Shown here: piece by piece, positions 55,494-64,000 of the stretch
Position numbering within the stretch: the first letter of the stretch is position 1
How the letters are laid out: each line of letters starts with the position of its first letter
NCBI GenBank assembly: GCA_039028775.1
Contig: JBCCHL010000002.1
Location: 44 to 64,043 of the forward strand
DNA length: 64,000 nt
DNA from: Pseudomonadota bacterium
GTDB taxonomy: Bacteria; Pseudomonadota; Gammaproteobacteria; Pseudomonadales; Azotimanducaceae
Reading direction: 5' to 3'
Notes under the pieces: generated by a model
Told to the model about the DNA's origin: nothing
Databases searched by the model: none
What the model saw: the letters and a program-made list of their open reading frames with translations, nothing else
Made by a program: the position numbers and the translations under genes

Positions 55494-55560
55494 TCGCTCC
55501 AGCGTCCCCCTGGGCGAAGAGTTCTAACACCTGCTCACCCACCTCGGCTAACATGACGCG

Positions 55561-56127
55561 ATGTCGCCGCCGCTTACCACCGCCTTGCTCGCCACCCTCA
55601 CCTGCGCCGTGGCGCTGGGCCTGATCCACGCCGCCTGGCGGGATACCGGAGCCCGTACCCGCACCTTTGCGGTGCTCGGCTGGGGCGGCGTCGCCCTGGC
55701 CGGTTTTCTGTTCAGCAACGCCTGGGGCAGCGAGGTGGGTTGGGTGACCGGCTGCTTGGTCGTGGCGCTGTGCGCCTGGGTGGGAGTGATGTTCGAAGCA
55801 ACCCCTCGGTCCGTCAGGGCGGGGCACCCCCGAGAGGCGCTGCGCAGCTTGGCCTTCACCCACCTCGCGCGCAACGTTGGCCTGTTCCTGATGGCCGTCC
55901 CTTTGAGCGCCTTCGTCAGCGTGCTGCTGGTGGTCAGCGCCTCTGCGTTCTGGGGGTTTGCCATCGATAACCGCCTGGTGCTGGTCATGTTGATCACACC
56001 GGCGATCTGGGGGGTGCTGATGGCCTGGGTGCTGATCGATCGCAACCGGCTGCGCAGCAGCGGAGCGTTGGTCGGTATCGCTGTGGTGAGCGGCGCGCTG
56101 CTCTGGCTGCAACGTCTTACCGGATAG
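55561..56127 (+). CDS. Integral membrane protein typical of PepSY iron-uptake operons (DUF3325/DUF3649-like halves)
   Basis: About six hydrophobic helices; directly upstream of the PepSY-TM gene. Confidence 0.6.
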   Translation: MSPPLTTALLATLTCAVALGLIHAAWRDTGARTRTFAVLGWGGVALAGFLFSNAWGSEVGWVTGCLVVALCAWVGVMFEATPRSVRAGHPREALRSLAFTHLARNVGLFLMAVPLSAFVSVLLVVSASAFWGFAIDNRLVLVMLITPAIWGVLMAWVLIDRNRLRSSGALVGIAVVSGALLWLQRLTG

Positions 56128-56131
56128 GTCT

Positions 56132-57592
56132 GTGCTGTCTACCGATCTGATCAAGAATGCTCTGAGCGCACACTCCTGGTTGGGATTGGCCATCGGCGCG
56201 GGTATGTACCTCGTGTGCCTGAGCGGCGCGATCCTGACCTTCAGCGCCGAGTTGGAACAGTGGGAACAAGCCGACACACCCGTCGTCACCAGCCTCGATA
56301 TCCAGGCGGCGACTGGTACGTTTAACCGCTTTGTTGCCGCCGATCAGGGCGTCACCCCACATATGTACCTTGTGCTGCCCACCTCAGCTTCGCCCAAGGC
56401 GCGCCTTGCCACAGAAGAAACCAGTTGGTTTTTAAACGCGGATGGCAGCCTCGGGCCGCAAGAGGACAACAGTTGGACCAGCATGCTCATCGACCTGCAC
56501 TACTACCTGCATCTGCCCAAGAGCTGGGGTATGGCGGTCGTCAGCGCCCTGGGTTCGGTACTGGTGGCGCTCATCATCACCGGCTTGCTGGCCCACCCCG
56601 GCATCTTGCGCGACGCGTTTCGGCTGCGCCGCAATAGTTCCAGACAGCTGTTCGACACCGATCTACACAATCGCCTGAGCGTCTGGGCCAGTCCTTTCCA
56701 CCTGATGATCGCCGTCACCGGCGCGTGGTTCGCCTTTGCGGTACCCCTGATCACCATCGTCGCCGACGTCGAACAGAGAGCCACCCCCGAGGCTCTGGTG
56801 GCAGAGGTGTTCGGCGCTGAACCGGAACTCGCGCCCGCTACGGGCGAAGCGGATCTGGTCGCCGCCCTGACCCAAACCCAACAGATGGCACCTGATAGCG
56901 AGCCGTTCGTGATCATCGTCCACGATGCCGGCACGCCGCGCGCCCACATCGGCGTCTCGGCCCGCCACCCGGGTCGCCTGATCTGGGCTGAGAACTACCT
57001 CTTCACCCTGGACGGAAAGTTCCTGCGCACGGACCACTGGCACGACGGCAGCGCAGGCCGCCAGATGGTCTACAGCATTTATCGCCTGCATTTCGGGACC
57101 TTCGCGGGTATGGGCATGCAACTGCTGTATCTGGTGATGGGCCTGGCGCTGAGCGTGATCGCCGCCAGTGGGGTCAACATCTGGCTGAGCAAACGCCGCC
57201 GGGAAGACGCGTGGGGCGACCTGTGGGTCGCCCTCGTCTGGGGCACCCCCATCGCGCTGGCAGGGGCGGCCATCGCCCGGTTCTCTGCCGTTCCAATATC
57301 GATGGCGGCCGTGTTCTGGAGCGTGTTGGCCGCCTGCGCTGTCTGCACCCTGGCGTTGACCGACATCACCCGCAGCCGCGCCTGGCTGCGCGTTGCGACC
57401 AGCGCAAGTATCGCACTGCTGCTCGTTGTGCATCTATGGCGCTTCGGGACCTCTGGTCTGACCGGCAAACCGGGCCTGATCAATCTTGGACTCGTGCTCG
57501 CATTGCTCGCGACCGTTCGTCTATCAGTTAATAGCTATCAACAGCTGACCACCAACAAAAGTCACCAACCAGAAGCCACCGGAGAAGTTTAA
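56132..57592 (+). CDS. PepSY-associated TM protein (FoxB/PiuB-like ferric-siderophore reductase family)
   Basis: AHSWLGL...SGA, LIDLHYYLHLP, DLHNRLSVWASPFHLMIAVTG, IYRLHFGTFAG. Confidence 0.88.
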   Translation: MLSTDLIKNALSAHSWLGLAIGAGMYLVCLSGAILTFSAELEQWEQADTPVVTSLDIQAATGTFNRFVAADQGVTPHMYLVLPTSASPKARLATEETSWFLNADGSLGPQEDNSWTSMLIDLHYYLHLPKSWGMAVVSALGSVLVALIITGLLAHPGILRDAFRLRRNSSRQLFDTDLHNRLSVWASPFHLMIAVTGAWFAFAVPLITIVADVEQRATPEALVAEVFGAEPELAPATGEADLVAALTQTQQMAPDSEPFVIIVHDAGTPRAHIGVSARHPGRLIWAENYLFTLDGKFLRTDHWHDGSAGRQMVYSIYRLHFGTFAGMGMQLLYLVMGLALSVIAASGVNIWLSKRRREDAWGDLWVALVWGTPIALAGAAIARFSAVPISMAAVFWSVLAACAVCTLALTDITRSRAWLRVATSASIALLLVVHLWRFGTSGLTGKPGLINLGLVLALLATVRLSVNSYQQLTTNKSHQPEATGEV

Positions 57593-57593
57593 C

Positions 57594-58814
57594 GTGGGCA
57601 AGAAAGTCATCGTCATCGCACTGATCATCATCGCGCTGACCGTCATCCTTGCGCTGGTGTTTCGCAGTGAGATCGGCCGGCTGCAGTATCAGACCTCGCT
57701 CTTCACCGGCGCGCCGCAGCATGAAAATTTCGACCGCCAGGATGAGTTTTATCCGGTCAATCGCATGGCCGCATCGACCACACCTTTCAGCTTCCCGAGC
57801 GGGCCGCCGCTGACCCTACCGGAGACGTTCAGCCACGACGACAACCGTCTCGACGTCGCGGAGTTTCTGACCACCACCGATACCGCGGCGCTGCTGATCC
57901 TGCAGGATGGCAAGCTGGTGTACGAAAACTACTTTCTCAACGGTGGCCCTTCCGTCGCCTGGCTGACCCATTCCATATCCAAGAGCCTGGTCGCTACAGC
58001 CGTGGCGTTTACCCTGCAGGACGGCCTGCTGGCCAGTCTGGAGGACAAGGCCTCGGCCTACCTGCCCACTCTGGCGGGTAGCGGCTACGCTGAGGTGACC
58101 GTGAAACAGCTGTTGCAGATGTCCTCCGGTGTACGCTGGAACGAGGACTACGCGGATCGGGAATCGGACCTCAATCAATTTGGCGTGACGATCCTGACCG
58201 GCGCTTCCTATGATGAATTTGTCACCACCGTGCAGGGCGAGCGCGAACCGGGCAGCTATCACCGCTATACCGGCATGGACAGCCAAGTACTGTCGATGCT
58301 GGTGCGCGCTATCACACGGCAGACGCTGGCCGCCTATCTACACGGCAAACTATGGCAGCCCCTGGGTATGCAGGACGAGGCTTACTGGAGTACCGATCGC
58401 CACCATGCGGAATTAGGCCTCGGCGGCTTGAGCGCATCCGCCCGCGACCTTGCCAAGGTCGGCGAATTGTATCGCCGCCGCGGTCGCTGGGGTGAAGAAC
58501 AGATTCTTAATCCGCAGTTTGTGGAAGCCGCCACCACCGTTACCAATCCCCTGTTGATCCGTGGCGATCATCCACAATCCGCACATCGTATGGGGTACGG
58601 CTACCACTGGTGGCTGCCAGACGGTGACGCCCAGGACTACGCCGCGATCGGTATCTACAATCAGTTCATCTATGTGAACCCGCAATACCGGGCGGTCATC
58701 GTCAAACTGTCGGCCTATCGGGACTACGCCAATCTCGAATCCGATATGCCGTACCCAGAAGCACCAACGTTTTCGTTGTTCCGACACATCACCGTCAATC
58801 TGCCCGCGTACTAG
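57594..58814 (+). CDS. Beta-lactamase-fold serine hydrolase (AmpC/NylB-like) with N-terminal anchor
   Basis: HSISKS (SxxK), YTGMDS, YGYHWW, AIGIYNQFIYVNP. Confidence 0.85.
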   Translation: MGKKVIVIALIIIALTVILALVFRSEIGRLQYQTSLFTGAPQHENFDRQDEFYPVNRMAASTTPFSFPSGPPLTLPETFSHDDNRLDVAEFLTTTDTAALLILQDGKLVYENYFLNGGPSVAWLTHSISKSLVATAVAFTLQDGLLASLEDKASAYLPTLAGSGYAEVTVKQLLQMSSGVRWNEDYADRESDLNQFGVTILTGASYDEFVTTVQGEREPGSYHRYTGMDSQVLSMLVRAITRQTLAAYLHGKLWQPLGMQDEAYWSTDRHHAELGLGGLSASARDLAKVGELYRRRGRWGEEQILNPQFVEAATTVTNPLLIRGDHPQSAHRMGYGYHWWLPDGDAQDYAAIGIYNQFIYVNPQYRAVIVKLSAYRDYANLESDMPYPEAPTFSLFRHITVNLPAY

Positions 58815-58905
58815 CCAGGATTGCCTGCATTCTCACTCTGCAGCAGGCCGGACTGCGCTGCCGCTGTCGCCCGCAAGAGGGTTGGTGCCTCGCGCAATGT
58901 CATTA

Positions 58906-58924
58906 GTTATTGCGAATCATTCTC
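58906..58924. promoter_or_regulatory. Putative Fur box
   Basis: GTTATTGCGAATCATTCTC matches 14/19 of the consensus; 21 bp upstream of the first ABC gene. Confidence 0.7.
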
Positions 58925-58944
58925 ATTTCTAATATAACGGTCGC

Positions 58945-60768
58945 ATGTCTGAACAAGTGACCGAACCCGGCGCCATCGGTGCCCAAGAACCGGCCGCCAA
59001 CGCCCCAAAGGAGTCCGTTGGCGGCGGGATCAAAGCCCTGCTGCCGTTCGCGCGCCCGCTGCGCGGGCGCTTGCTGCTGAGCGGCGCCATCGCCGTGGTC
59101 GCCGCCTTGTTGGGACTGGTGCCTTACTGGGTGGTCTATCAGACCGCCGTTACCCTGGTGAGCGCTACCGACACCGCCCTCGCCGGGCTCTGGCCTCTGG
59201 CCTTCATCGCGCTCGGCGCCGTGGTCATCCGCTTCCTGCTGGACGGCATCTCCACCTACATCGCACACATGGCCGCGTTCGAGATACAGTACGGTATCCG
59301 TGTGAGCCTGGCCGAACACCTCGCGCGCATGCCATTGGGCTTTACCAACCGTCGGCGCTCCGGTGAGATCAAGAAAATCATGGGTGATGACGTCGAGCGC
59401 CTGGAGCTCTTTCTCGCCCACGCGATCCCCGACCTGACCGCCGCTATCGTGACCTTCTTCGGCCTGCTCGGCTGGATGATCTGGGTCGACTGGCGCATGG
59501 CGCTGGCGGTCTTTGGCCTGGTTATCCCGGCCTTTGGTTCGATCGCTTACGCGATGCGCAGCGCCGGCAGCCACATGGGAGAGTACAAGCAGACCCAGGG
59601 CGAGATGAACGCGGCGATCGTCGAACTTATTCGCGGCATGGCCGTGGTCAAGACCTTTAACCGCGATGCAGACGAGGTGCGCGGCACCGAGCGGATGATC
59701 TCCCGCTACGTCAATGTGGTGAGAGAATACAGCCTGATCTTCCTGCCGTTCGGCACCGCCTTCTACGTGCTGCTCGGCGCCAATATCCTGTTGATCCTGC
59801 CGGTCGGGGGCTGGTTGTGGAGCACGGGCTCCTTGAGCACGGAAGCGCTTTTGTTTTTCCTGATCGTCGGCCTTGGCGCGCTGGGTACGTTCGTCACCCT
59901 GTTGTTTCTTTTCGCGAACCTCTCACACATCGCCTCGGGCGGCAAGTTGGTCACCGAGATTCTCGAACAAGCAACCCTCTCGGACGGCGCGACAAACAGT
60001 AGCACCCGACCGGAAGATGCTACCGTCACGTTCAACAATGTGTCGTTCCGTTACGAAGACGACTGGGTATTGCGCAACATCAGCTTCAGCGCCCCCAGCG
60101 GCGAACTCACAGCCCTGGTCGGACCGTCCGGCGGGGGCAAGAGCACCATCGCGGCACTCATCGGCCGGTTCTGGGATGTCGATGAAGGTTTCATCGACCT
60201 CGGCGGGGTCATGCTGCGGGACGTTCCAAACGACGTTCTCAGCAGTCACGTCTCGATGGTATTGCAGGAGACATTCCTGTTCGACGACACCATCGCGAAC
60301 AATCTAAGGGTGGGTAAGCCGGATGCGACCCAAGCCGAAATCGAAGCGGCGGCGCGCAAAGCGCACATCCATGACACGATCTGCGCGTTCGACGCCGGTT
60401 ACGCCACCCGGGTCGGCGAGCACGGCGTGCGCCTCTCCGGCGGCGAGCAGCAGCGTCTGACAATCGCACGTGCGATCCTTCACGACGCCCCGGTGATCGT
60501 GCTGGATGAGGCCACTGCCTTCGTCGATCCGGAGAACGAACGGCTGCTGCAGGCCGCGATCAGCGAACTGGTACGCGGTAAGACCGTCATCATGATCGCC
60601 CACCGTCTCACCACCATCGCCGGCGCAGACGCCATTCTTGTCATCGACGACGGGCAAATTGTCGAGCGCGGCCGCCACACCGAGTTGGTCGAACAAGACG
60701 GGTTGTACGCACGTCTCTGGGCCGATTTCAACGCGGCGGATGCCATCGCGATAGGAGGCCAGACATGA
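58945..60768 (+). CDS. ABC transporter fused permease/ATPase, YbtP/IrtA-like
   Basis: DDVERLELFLAHAIPD, GPSGGGKST, LSGGEQQRLTIARAIL, LDEATAFVDPENE; no N-terminal FAD siderophore-interaction domain. Confidence 0.85.
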   Translation: MSEQVTEPGAIGAQEPAANAPKESVGGGIKALLPFARPLRGRLLLSGAIAVVAALLGLVPYWVVYQTAVTLVSATDTALAGLWPLAFIALGAVVIRFLLDGISTYIAHMAAFEIQYGIRVSLAEHLARMPLGFTNRRRSGEIKKIMGDDVERLELFLAHAIPDLTAAIVTFFGLLGWMIWVDWRMALAVFGLVIPAFGSIAYAMRSAGSHMGEYKQTQGEMNAAIVELIRGMAVVKTFNRDADEVRGTERMISRYVNVVREYSLIFLPFGTAFYVLLGANILLILPVGGWLWSTGSLSTEALLFFLIVGLGALGTFVTLLFLFANLSHIASGGKLVTEILEQATLSDGATNSSTRPEDATVTFNNVSFRYEDDWVLRNISFSAPSGELTALVGPSGGGKSTIAALIGRFWDVDEGFIDLGGVMLRDVPNDVLSSHVSMVLQETFLFDDTIANNLRVGKPDATQAEIEAAARKAHIHDTICAFDAGYATRVGEHGVRLSGGEQQRLTIARAILHDAPVIVLDEATAFVDPENERLLQAAISELVRGKTVIMIAHRLTTIAGADAILVIDDGQIVERGRHTELVEQDGLYARLWADFNAADAIAIGGQT

Positions 60769-62540
60769 GCGAAGCCACACCCGAAGCGACAAGTTTCCGC
60801 CAGCGCTCCACCCTGCGTACCATCTGGCGCCTGAGCGGAGACCAGCAGAGTGTCTTGATCCGTTCGGTCGGTTTCAAAGCGCTGCAGGCGGCCTGCGAGG
60901 CCGCACCCGCCGCGATCCTCGTGTATGTCATCAACGAACTGCGACTCGCGTCGCTCACCACGAATGAACTGTTCGTGTGCGTCACCATTGTCGTGGCCTG
61001 TGTGATCGGTCAGTGGTTTGCCGGCTACGTCGCCAACAGGTCGGCGTGGATCGCAACCTATGAACTGTTCGGCCACCTACGCGCACGCATGCTCAACCAC
61101 GTGCGCAGGCTACCGATGGCGTTTCATGACCAGGAGCGCACCGGCAACGTGGTCACGGTCATGACCCAGGACGTCAGCGCGGTCGAAAATTTCACCCACG
61201 AGCCCATGCAGATGATGATCGGCGCAGTCACCGCGCCAATCATCGTTTTCATCGTGCTGGCCTTTCAGGACATGGCGATGGCCACCGCCACCCTGACCAG
61301 TGTGCTCCTGGCGCTGCCGGCATTCCTGTGGAGTAACCACGTGTTCCTGAAGCTCGCCAACCGGCGTGCCGAGGTGCAGGCCGATGCCTCGAGTCGCATG
61401 ATCGAATATGTGCAGGGCTTGGCGGTCATCCGCGCTTTCGGTCTGGCCGGAGAACGCCTCGGGCTGTTCCGCGACTCCCTGGCATCTTTCCGCGATATCA
61501 ACAGCGAGATGGCGCAACGCCTAGCACCGTTAGGGTCCTTGTTTTTGTCCGTGGTTTTCCTCGGCATCCCGCTGATCCTGTTCGCGGGCACCTACTGGCT
61601 GCTCGGCGGCAAGATCGATGCGGCGGTGTTTCTGATCTTCGCCGTGCTTTCGCTGCGGGTATACCTGCCCCTGATCTCCGCCACCCAGGGCTTCGAGAGC
61701 CTGCGTCTGGCAGACGCCTCCCTCAATCGCATCGCCGCGTTGATGGATCGACCGCTGGAAGGCACCTCCGTACAGACCGTGGCAAGCCCCGCCCATCATG
61801 ACGTGACCTTCGAACAGGTCAGCTTTGCCTATAACAGCGGCGAAGAGGTCCTGCACGACGTCAGCTTCACGGCACATCAGGGTCAGGTCACCGCCATTGT
61901 CGGACCGTCAGGGGCCGGCAAATCCACCGTCCTGCAACTCATCGCCGGGCTGCGCTATCCAGATGAGGGTACGCTGCAGATCGGCGGTATCGACCAGCAC
62001 CGGCTCACCCCGGCGCAACTGTTCGATGCCGTCACCCCCGTGTTCCAAGACATCTACCTGTTCCCCGGCACGATCTATGACAACATCGCGTTCGGTCGGG
62101 AAAACGCACCCCAGGAAGATGTTGTGGCCGCCGCCCAACTCGCCCAGGTGGATGCGTTTGTCAGCAAGCTTCCCGACGGCTACAAGACGGTCATCCAGGA
62201 AGCAGGCGCCAACCTCTCCGGCGGCGAGCGTCAGCGCATCGCCATCGCTCGCGCGATCCTGAAGGACGCCCCCATCGTGCTGCTGGACGAGGTGACTTCA
62301 GCACTGGATGCGAGCAACGAACGGCTGGTGCAGGAGGCGTTGGCACAGTTGGTACGCAACAAGACTGTGATCGTCATCGCCCACCGCCTTGCCACGATTC
62401 GACAAGCGGACAATATCGTTGTGCTGCGCGACGGTGCCGTCGTACAACAAGGTCAGCACGATATGCTGCTGGAACAGCCGGGTCTATACAGCGAACTTTG
62501 GGCCTCCAGAGAAGCTGCAGCGGCTTGGAGCATTCGTTGA
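60765..62540 (+). CDS. ABC transporter fused permease/ATPase, YbtQ/IrtB-like
   Basis: GPSGAGKST, LSGGERQRIAIARAILKDAPIVLLDE; overlaps the partner gene (ATGA). Confidence 0.85.
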   Translation: MSEATPEATSFRQRSTLRTIWRLSGDQQSVLIRSVGFKALQAACEAAPAAILVYVINELRLASLTTNELFVCVTIVVACVIGQWFAGYVANRSAWIATYELFGHLRARMLNHVRRLPMAFHDQERTGNVVTVMTQDVSAVENFTHEPMQMMIGAVTAPIIVFIVLAFQDMAMATATLTSVLLALPAFLWSNHVFLKLANRRAEVQADASSRMIEYVQGLAVIRAFGLAGERLGLFRDSLASFRDINSEMAQRLAPLGSLFLSVVFLGIPLILFAGTYWLLGGKIDAAVFLIFAVLSLRVYLPLISATQGFESLRLADASLNRIAALMDRPLEGTSVQTVASPAHHDVTFEQVSFAYNSGEEVLHDVSFTAHQGQVTAIVGPSGAGKSTVLQLIAGLRYPDEGTLQIGGIDQHRLTPAQLFDAVTPVFQDIYLFPGTIYDNIAFGRENAPQEDVVAAAQLAQVDAFVSKLPDGYKTVIQEAGANLSGGERQRIAIARAILKDAPIVLLDEVTSALDASNERLVQEALAQLVRNKTVIVIAHRLATIRQADNIVVLRDGAVVQQGQHDMLLEQPGLYSELWASREAAAAWSIR

Positions 62541-62648
62541 CAAGGAAAGTCCGGACCATCACGCCCGTTTCAGTGTAGACCCCATAGATTGTATTGCCAG
62601 AGACACTGGGCAATACTCGAACGCCGGGAGAGTCAGACATCTAACGGC

Positions 62649-63986
62649 ATGGTCACAGCAACCGACCATACATCCACCGAGGCGGAGATAAACCGAATCA
62701 TCGACCACGGCGGTTTCAACCGTCGTCAGGTTGCGCTGGTGGCGATGTGCATGCTGTTCAACCTACTGGACGGCTTCGACATCACCGCCATGGCCGTGGT
62801 CGCGAACCCCGTGGGTGAAGAACTGGGGCTGGGCGCCGATCGATTGGGCTGGCTGTTCAGCGCTGCACTGGCGGGCATGATGGCGGGGGCGATGTTGCTG
62901 GCCCCGTTATCGGATCGCTATGGGCGCCGCCTGGTGGTGATTGTCGCCCTGGGTGTGGTCGCTTGCGCGGTGCTGCTGATCGCCGTCACGTCCAACCTGG
63001 CAGGTCTGGTGTTCCTGCGCTTCATCAGTGGCTGCGGTGCAGGCGCCATCCTCGCCAGCCAAGCCGCGCTTGCGGCAGAGTACAGCCCGCCTAAGTTCCG
63101 CGCCGCCATCGTCGCGATCGTCACTTCAGGCTACCCACTGGGCGCCATGTCGACCTCGCTGGTGGCGCAGTGGCTGTTGCCCGAGTACGGCTGGCGCAGC
63201 ATGTTTATCTTCGGCGGCGTCCTGACCCTGCTGATGAGCGTGATCGCGATCACCTCGCTCCCCGAATCGATCCGCTTTCTGCTGGTGCAACAGCCTGCCA
63301 ATGCCCTGGCCCGAGTGAACGCAACGCTGCAACGATTCCGTAAGCCTGCGCTCGACCGACTACCAGCGCCACCCGCGACCGTGCACGATGGCCCCGAGAA
63401 CTTCCTACGCGTCCTCCTCGGGGCAAGCTACCGTCGCCAGACCCTGTTTCTGTGGAGCGCTTTTTTCATGTGCGTGAGCACCCTGTACTTCCTGCAGAGT
63501 TGGATTCCCAAGCTGGTCGAGGACAGCGGCTTCAGTGCGGCCGATGGCCGCAGCGCGTTCTTCCTGTTCAACTTTGGTGGGGTCTGCGGGATCTACCTGA
63601 TGAGCGCTCTCTCCACCCGTTGGTCGCTGAACAGTCTGATCGCACAGTTCGCGATCTTAGCTGGCATCAGCATGATGCTGTTCGCCAACGTGGAGGGCGA
63701 TCGACTGGTGATCGCCGCATTGATCCTGGTGGTCGGCATCCTCCAACAGGGCGCGTTCACCGGCCTGTACCCCGCCGCCGCGGCGGTATACCCCACCAGG
63801 GTACGCAGCGCGGGCATCGGTTGGGCCATAGGCCTGGGACGTTTCGGGGCGGTGGTCGGACCCGCGCTGGCCGGTTATCTCATCGCCGCAGGCTTCGGCC
63901 TATCTTTCAACTTCTTCGTCTTCGCCATCCCGATGTTTATCGGCGCTTTGCTCGCCTACCGGCTAATCCTGCAATCTCCAACTTAG
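62649..63986 (+). CDS. MFS aromatic acid:H+ symporter (PcaK/BenK-like)
   Basis: LDGFDITAM, PLSDRYGRR, AEYSPPKFRA, LPESIRFL, YPTRVRSAGIGWAIGLGRFG; ATG 62649. Confidence 0.88.
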   Translation: MVTATDHTSTEAEINRIIDHGGFNRRQVALVAMCMLFNLLDGFDITAMAVVANPVGEELGLGADRLGWLFSAALAGMMAGAMLLAPLSDRYGRRLVVIVALGVVACAVLLIAVTSNLAGLVFLRFISGCGAGAILASQAALAAEYSPPKFRAAIVAIVTSGYPLGAMSTSLVAQWLLPEYGWRSMFIFGGVLTLLMSVIAITSLPESIRFLLVQQPANALARVNATLQRFRKPALDRLPAPPATVHDGPENFLRVLLGASYRRQTLFLWSAFFMCVSTLYFLQSWIPKLVEDSGFSAADGRSAFFLFNFGGVCGIYLMSALSTRWSLNSLIAQFAILAGISMMLFANVEGDRLVIAALILVVGILQQGAFTGLYPAAAAVYPTRVRSAGIGWAIGLGRFGAVVGPALAGYLIAAGFGLSFNFFVFAIPMFIGALLAYRLILQSPT

Positions 63987-64000
63987 AGCAGACCCATGAG

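Noticed and set aside
1-64000. CRISPR arrays, tRNA/rRNA genes, IS/transposase, integrase or prophage genes, defence systems
   Set aside because: None seen by eye. The only repeats are two-copy operators, an 11-bp duplication and intragenic coding repeats. tRNAscan, Infernal and CRISPR finders were not run.

Overview
About 64 kb of GC-rich (~60%) bacterial DNA; the gene content points to a gammaproteobacterium, probably Pseudomonadales-like (inference). Contents left to right: (i) a 49% GC fragment at 1-183 that reads like the end of an animal Ty3/Gypsy pol gene, joined to a truncated yjfI gene, probably a chimeric contig end; (ii) a complete assimilatory nitrate/nitrite island (cobA, nasA, nirD, nirB, nasC-like, nrtABC-type ABC transporter, nasS/nasT and an uncharacterised outer-membrane porin) with three sigma54 promoters, NtrC-type boxes and two ANTAR antiterminator leaders readable from the sequence; (iii) a TonB receptor + TPR-sulfotransferase operon divergent from a CosR/EctR-like MarR regulator with three matching boxes; (iv) a patatin lipase and a DUF1611 + alpha/beta-hydrolase operon divergent from a DUF6502 + DUF5666 operon, with two near-identical 16-bp palindromes between them; (v) a TetR/RND efflux module; (vi) O-methyltransferase, GPH-type MFS and an orphan Rieske oxygenase; (vii) a cluster of exported peptidase/transglutaminase-fold and TPR proteins; (viii) sulfatase, FAH-like hydratase, VOC, SDR, uup and a MacAB-like ABC exporter; (ix) an iron-uptake locus with Fur-like boxes (TonB receptor, PNPOx-like, PepSY, serine hydrolase, YbtPQ-like ABC pair, aromatic-acid MFS) and no biosynthesis genes. 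I saw no rRNA, tRNA, CRISPR array or IS transposase. The best candidates for an undescribed system are the DUF6502 (probable HTH regulator)/palindrome/DUF5666 lipoprotein module, the MarR-boxed TBDR-sulfotransferase operon, the ANTAR-controlled porin, and the siderophore uptake/hydrolysis locus. Family assignments come from recognising motifs by eye, not from database searches.
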